A stretch of 64,000 nucleotides of DNA from Pseudomonadota bacterium (GTDB lineage Archaea > Thermoplasmatota > SW-10-69-26 > JACQPN01 > JAJPHT01). The DNA lies in NCBI GenBank assembly GCA_021325135.1, contig JAJPHT010000020.1:23377-87376 (forward strand), in the 5' to 3' direction. A program made the position numbers and the translations under genes. The notes under the pieces are model-generated. The model saw only the letters and a list, made by a program, of their open reading frames with translations, was not told the DNA's origin and searched no databases. Positions 59,869-64,000 of this stretch are shown here, in pieces. Position 1 is the first letter of the stretch. Each line of letters opens with the position of its first letter.

Positions 59869-60501
59869 CTAGCGCGGCGGCTCGTCGGCGGGGGGCTGCG
59901 ACGCCTCGCCCTGCGGGAACGCGCTGAGCTTCTGGTTCCCCTTCTCGTCGGTGGTGGGGAGCTTCAGGCCCACCTTGTCGGCGAGGAAGTGCTTGATGCC
60001 CTCGCGGTCCGCGGCGGGGATGCCGAAGTACTCGGGGAAGCGCTCCGAGGTGACGAGGAGGAAGCTTCGCTCGTGGACGCGCTTGCGGACGAGGCCCGCC
60101 TCGGTCAGCTCCGCGATGTGGTCGTACACCTTGGGGCCGACCATGTCCTTGAGGTCGCTTTGCAGCACGGGCTGGTGGTACGCGATGAGGGCCAGCGTCT
60201 TGAGGAGCTTGAGGGGGATCTCCATGGGGGCGAGCTTGGTGGTGCTCGGCGCGTAGGCGGTGCGCACCTGCATGCCCCACTTGTCGCCGGCGCGACCGAT
60301 CTCCAGCGCGCTGTGCGCGGCGGCGTAGCGCGCCTGCAATTCCTTCAGCGCGCCGGGGACCTTGCGTTTGTCCAGGCCGGCGTTCTCGGCGATCTCCTCG
60401 ACGCTCACGGGCTTGCCGGCGCTGAAGAGCGCGGCCTCGACGACGAGGACGGGGTCAAGCTCAGCGTCGTCGGTCACGAGAAGCGCCTCAGTTGTTCGCA
60501 T
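59869..60501 (-). CDS. scpB: segregation and condensation protein B
   Basis: VVEAALFSAGKPVSVEEI... and two wHTH-like halves. Sits immediately downstream of, and overlaps, scpA. Confidence 0.8.
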   Translation of the reverse strand: MRTTEALLVTDDAELDPVLVVEAALFSAGKPVSVEEIAENAGLDKRKVPGALKELQARYAAAHSALEIGRAGDKWGMQVRTAYAPSTTKLAPMEIPLKLLKTLALIAYHQPVLQSDLKDMVGPKVYDHIAELTEAGLVRKRVHERSFLLVTSERFPEYFGIPAADREGIKHFLADKVGLKLPTTDEKGNQKLSAFPQGEASQPPADEPPR

Positions 60502-61474
60502 GCTTCATCTCCACGGTCTTCGCCTTCCGCGTGGGCGGCTTCCTCGCTTTGACGGGGAGCGTCGGCGTCTCGGGCGCGGGCGGGCTCATGTCCACGAAGT
60601 GGTCCGCGGACGGGTTCTGGATGAAGATCATGCCGTAGGGGAAGTCCTCCTGCCAGAGGCGGATCTTCTGCTCCCGGGCGAGGAAGAGGACGGAGACGAG
60701 CGTCTTCACGACGTCGTCGCGCGTCTTGTCCTGGATCTCGGTGATGGGGATGGGCACGCCGTTGCGTCCGAGGATGCGCTCCCAGACCTCGCGGATGTCG
60801 GCGTCCTGGTCCTCCTTGTGGGCGGCGCCCTCGGCGCGGCCGCGGCCGGCGGCACGGCGCTGGGACTTCAGCGCCTCGCGGCTCTCCACCAGGGCGGCGC
60901 GAAGGTCCGCTTCGCGGCGGGCCTCCTCCAGCGCGCTGACCAATTCCATGAGCGTGACCTTGCGATCCCCCTTGTGGCGGATCTTCTCGTCCAGGAGGTC
61001 GTCGGGGTCGGCGCCGAGGACGCGCTGGTTGTACGCGGCGTCCACGTCGCTGGGAAGCTCGTCCAGGCTGGGAAGGTCGTCCCAGCCAAGCTCCACGGGC
61101 TCGGGGGGCGGGGGCGGCTCGGCGCGCTCGCGGAGGTGCTCGCTCTGGAGGCGCAGGATGCTCCACGCCATGTGGAGGAGCTTGCCCGCGGTGAGGAGGT
61201 CGATCTGCGCGCCGTCCTTGACGCGCTGCATGTAGAGGGCGGTGAACTTCACCAGGTCGATGGCCCACGGGTCCATGCCCTGGTCCAGCACCAGCTCGAA
61301 GGCCAGCGAGATGCTGCGGTCGAAGGGGTCCTCGATGCCCACGTGGTGCCCCTGGCCGCGCTCCTTGACGAGGCGGATGTACTCGTTGATGCGCTCGTTC
61401 CCGTTCTCGTCGCTGAGGAGCGCCTTGTGGAACATGAGGTGGTTGACGAGCTGCTGCTCGCTGAGGCCGGCCAC
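60488..61474 (-). CDS. scpA: segregation and condensation protein A (kleisin)
   Basis: GTG start. N-terminal FDRSISLAFELVLDQGMDPWAIDLVKFT and C-terminal wHTH (VVKTLVSVLFLAREQKI) are typical of ScpA. Lies between smc and scpB. Confidence 0.8.
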   Translation of the reverse strand: MAGLSEQQLVNHLMFHKALLSDENGNERINEYIRLVKERGQGHHVGIEDPFDRSISLAFELVLDQGMDPWAIDLVKFTALYMQRVKDGAQIDLLTAGKLLHMAWSILRLQSEHLRERAEPPPPPEPVELGWDDLPSLDELPSDVDAAYNQRVLGADPDDLLDEKIRHKGDRKVTLMELVSALEEARREADLRAALVESREALKSQRRAAGRGRAEGAAHKEDQDADIREVWERILGRNGVPIPITEIQDKTRDDVVKTLVSVLFLAREQKIRLWQEDFPYGMIFIQNPSADHFVDMSPPAPETPTLPVKARKPPTRKAKTVEMKHANN

Positions 61475-61507
61475 TCTAGCTCGCCCCCTCGATCAGGCGC
61501 CTCGACA

Positions 61508-61590
61508 ACGCCACGACGCCACGACGCCACGACGCGACGCTTTCGAGAATCGTGGCGTCGTGGCGTCGTGGCGTCGTGGCGTCGCGACGT
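61508..61590. repeat. octamer-repeat hairpin between smc and scpA
   Basis: ACGCCACG x3 (61508-61531) plus ACGCGACG, a 10-nt spacer, then CGTGGCGT x4 (61551-61582) plus CGCGACGT. Gives a 24-bp perfect stem in several registers. Confidence 0.9.
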
Positions 61591-61603
61591 GACGGAGAGG
61601 CAA

Positions 61604-64000
61604 TCACGCGGGGGGCGCCTCCTGGGCAGGTTCGTCCGCAAGCTCGGAGATGCGCACCTCGCCGATGATCTCGGAGAGGCCGCTCTCCATCATGGTGACG
61701 CCGTAGACGTGCTCGGCCTCCTTCAGCGTCACCTTGCGCAGCGAGACGACGATGAACTGGGCGTGCTTGCTCTCGCTCTTGACCATGCGGGCGAGAAGCT
61801 CCGAGTTGACGCCGTCGAGGTTCTGGTCCACCTCGTCCAGATAATAGAATGGCGAGGGGTCGAACTCCTGGATGGCGAAGATGAACGCCATGGACGTCAA
61901 CGACTTCTCGCCGCCCGAGAGGGCTTCCAGGCGCGTGACCTTCTTGCCGGGGGGCTGGGCGCGCATGGTGAGGCCGCCTTCGAAGGGGCTCTCGGGGTTC
62001 TCCAGCAGAAGCTCGGCCTTGCCGCCGTTGCTGAGGCGGGCGTAGGTCTTGGCGAAGTTGACGTTGATCTCGTCGTAGACCTTGAAGAAGCCCTCCTTCT
62101 TCTTGGCGACGATCTCGTCCACCAGCGTGAGGAGGTGCGTGCGCTCGGTCTCCAGGCGCGCGGTCTCGGCGGTCAGCTCCTCCTTGCGCGCGGCCTGGCG
62201 GTCGTACTCCTCCAGGGCCAGCATGTTGACGTTGCCGAGGCGCTCCAATTGCGATTCCAGGGAGCGGACGCGGTTCCTCAGCTCGTCGACGCTCTCGGTG
62301 ACGGTCTCGGGGATGGGGATGGCGAACGTGCCAAGCTCCTCGCGGACCTCCGCCAGCGACGCCTCCAGCACGGGGATGCGGCCGCGGTAGTTGAGGATCA
62401 TGTCGTCCTTGCGGTTGCGCGCCTCGCGCACCTTGTCCGCGCGGACGTGGACCTCCATGCGCTCCTTCCCCAGCACGTCGCGCTGCGCGTTGAGGCCGGC
62501 GAGGGCCTCGTCCTGCTGCGCCTGGAGCGCCAAGAGCACGGCAAGCTCGTGCTCCTTCTCCTGGGCGAGGGCGCCGTTGACGCGGACGCTCTCCTCCTCC
62601 TGGGCGAGCTTGGCGTCGATCTGGGAGAGGCGCGCGGCGATCTCGGCGCGGCGCTCCTCCAGGAGGGCGAGGGAGTGCGATTTGGTCTCGACCTGCGAGC
62701 CGAGGTCGCGGACCTTCTCGCGCAGCGCGGCCGCGTCGCGGTCCTCCTTCTCCAGCTCCTTCGCCACGTCCTTGGGCGTGGCGGCGAGGAGGACCTGGGA
62801 CTTCTCCTCGCGCTCGGTCTCCATGGCGGCGAGGTCGACGGTGAGCGTCTGGAGCGCCTTGGCGTGGTCCTCGATCTCGCGCTCGGTGGCGAGGAGGTCG
62901 CGCTTCGCCTCGCCCGCCTGGGCGGTGAGGCTGGCGAGGCGGGCCTCGGCCTCGGCCTTCCTGCGGGTGGCGTCGGCCAGCTTGCCGCTGCGCTCCTGGT
63001 GGAGCAGCGTGGCCTCGCGGAGGCGGCCGTCCACGTCGTCGATCTGCGCGCGGACCCCCGAGAGGTCCGCCGAGAGCGCCTCTTGGTGCGCGACGGCGGC
63101 CTGGAGCTTCTTGCGGACGTCCTCGAACTGCGCGGCCTCGCCGGCGCCGAACTTGACCTTGGCGCCGAAGCTCTCGCGGTCGCCGCCGGTCATGGCGCCG
63201 CCCGCGTCGATGAGGTCGCCCTCCACGGTGACGAGGCGCACGCCGCCCATGAGCTTGCGCGCCGCGTCCATGCTCTTGACGATGACCGTGTCGCGGAAGA
63301 CGTACCAGAACGCGGGGCGGTACTCCTCGTCGAAGCGCAGCAGGTCGATGGCGAAGCCCAAGGCGTCGGGGCTCCGCACCGCCATGAGGGGCTTGCCCGC
63401 CGGGCGGCCGGGGACCATCTTGTTGAGGGGGAGGAACGTGGCGCGGCCCAGCTTGTTGCGCTTGAGAAGGTCGATCGCGCGGGCGGCGTCCTCGTCCGAT
63501 TCGGTGACGATGGCCTGCATCTTGCCGGCGGCCGCGACCTCCATGGCGGTGGCGAGCTTGTCGTCGACCTGCGCCAGCTCCGCGACGGTGCCGCAGATGC
63601 CTTTCAATTGCCCCTGGTCGCGGGCGGCGAGGATGGCGGAGACCGCGCGGTTGTACCCCTGCGCGACCTTCTCGTTGCTGTCCGCTTGGGCCTTGAGCAG
63701 GGAGTACTCGTTCTGGAGGCGCCGAAGCGCGGGCTCCAGCTCGCGAAGCTGGCCGTTCAATTCCGCCTCGCGCTTCTTCAGGGCGAAGAGATCCTTGCGG
63801 AGCGACTCGGGGTCGACGGCCGCCGCGGCGGCGCCCGACTCCTTGAAGGTGAACTCCACGTCGCGAAGCTCGAAGCGCTGCGTCTCGATGCCCTCCTCGG
63901 CCTCCGCGACGGCGTGGACGAGGCGCGCCTTGCGCTCCACCGCCCGCTCGTGGGCGAGGCGCGTCTCGTGGAGCGCGATCTCGGCCTTCTCATGGCGCAC
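61604..64000 (-). CDS. smc: chromosome partition protein SMC, C-terminal ~800 aa (N-terminus outside window)
   Basis: Long coiled coil, hinge (GICGTVAELAQVD...GRATFLPLN), C-terminal signature LSGGEKSLTSMAFIFAI, and Walker B YYLDEVD. Confidence 0.9.
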   Translation of the reverse strand: MRHEKAEIALHETRLAHERAVERKARLVHAVAEAEEGIETQRFELRDVEFTFKESGAAAAAVDPESLRKDLFALKKREAELNGQLRELEPALRRLQNEYSLLKAQADSNEKVAQGYNRAVSAILAARDQGQLKGICGTVAELAQVDDKLATAMEVAAAGKMQAIVTESDEDAARAIDLLKRNKLGRATFLPLNKMVPGRPAGKPLMAVRSPDALGFAIDLLRFDEEYRPAFWYVFRDTVIVKSMDAARKLMGGVRLVTVEGDLIDAGGAMTGGDRESFGAKVKFGAGEAAQFEDVRKKLQAAVAHQEALSADLSGVRAQIDDVDGRLREATLLHQERSGKLADATRRKAEAEARLASLTAQAGEAKRDLLATEREIEDHAKALQTLTVDLAAMETEREEKSQVLLAATPKDVAKELEKEDRDAAALREKVRDLGSQVETKSHSLALLEERRAEIAARLSQIDAKLAQEEESVRVNGALAQEKEHELAVLLALQAQQDEALAGLNAQRDVLGKERMEVHVRADKVREARNRKDDMILNYRGRIPVLEASLAEVREELGTFAIPIPETVTESVDELRNRVRSLESQLERLGNVNMLALEEYDRQAARKEELTAETARLETERTHLLTLVDEIVAKKKEGFFKVYDEINVNFAKTYARLSNGGKAELLLENPESPFEGGLTMRAQPPGKKVTRLEALSGGEKSLTSMAFIFAIQEFDPSPFYYLDEVDQNLDGVNSELLARMVKSESKHAQFIVVSLRKVTLKEAEHVYGVTMMESGLSEIIGEVRISELADEPAQEAPPA

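Noticed and set aside
61508-61590. Possible CRISPR or mini-array because of regularly repeated units.
   Set aside because: The units are contiguous 8-mers with no spacers. The two halves are inverted relative to each other, so this is a tandem-repeat hairpin. No cas genes are present.
1-64000. Apparent over-representation of GATATC (EcoRV site), for example at 10622, 13025, 13134, 18914, 36342, 36830, 47050 and 48259.
   Set aside because: Most copies sit in frame as Asp-Ile (GAT ATC) or similar codon pairs inside genes. The excess was judged by eye only, and no associated methyltransferase or restriction gene is present. Not reported as a finding.

Overview
This is a very GC-rich chromosomal segment. 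I support about 59 protein-coding genes and found no rRNA, tRNA, CRISPR array or transposase. The gene content points to an archaeon, possibly Thermoplasmatota-like, though this is inference only: Elp3, an archaeosortase, stomatin plus a short NfeD, an EF-Tu-like protein with a degenerate G domain, RNase HII, SMC-ScpA-ScpB, lipoylation genes and futalosine-pathway menaquinone genes. A BRE/TATA-like motif sits at a fixed 35-37 nt upstream of many start codons, which supports the archaeal call.

Housekeeping genes are interleaved with a large surface and secreted complement:
- four paralogous BNR/sialidase-like propellers
- six lipobox proteins
- a roughly 1950-aa FN3/BNR/cadherin-like giant protein
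- a PGRS-like glycine-rich protein next to an HTH-FHA regulator and a polytopic Ser/Thr kinase
- small 4-Cys secreted proteins

The most unusual signals are at the DNA level:
1. A 78-nt in-frame insertion made of two perfect palindromes lies inside the first 33 codons of mqnA.
2. The paralogous mqnD-like gene has an in-frame duplicated 5' end.
3. Two copies of a roughly 110-bp MITE-like palindromic element (up to 36-bp perfect terminal inverted repeats) each fill a convergent intergenic spacer.
4. An 83-nt hairpin built from tandem octamers lies between smc and scpA.
5. A family of GGGGGC-N3-GCCCCC hairpin elements occurs, one of which supplies the stop codon of a gene.
6. A roughly 490-bp ORF-free, heavily self-complementary region carries an operator-like GATGCT array. 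It may encode a structured RNA.

All functional calls come from reading the translated ORFs by eye. No database search was run. Start codons are best guesses. Many long alternative-frame ORFs in the track are high-GC artefacts and were rejected.
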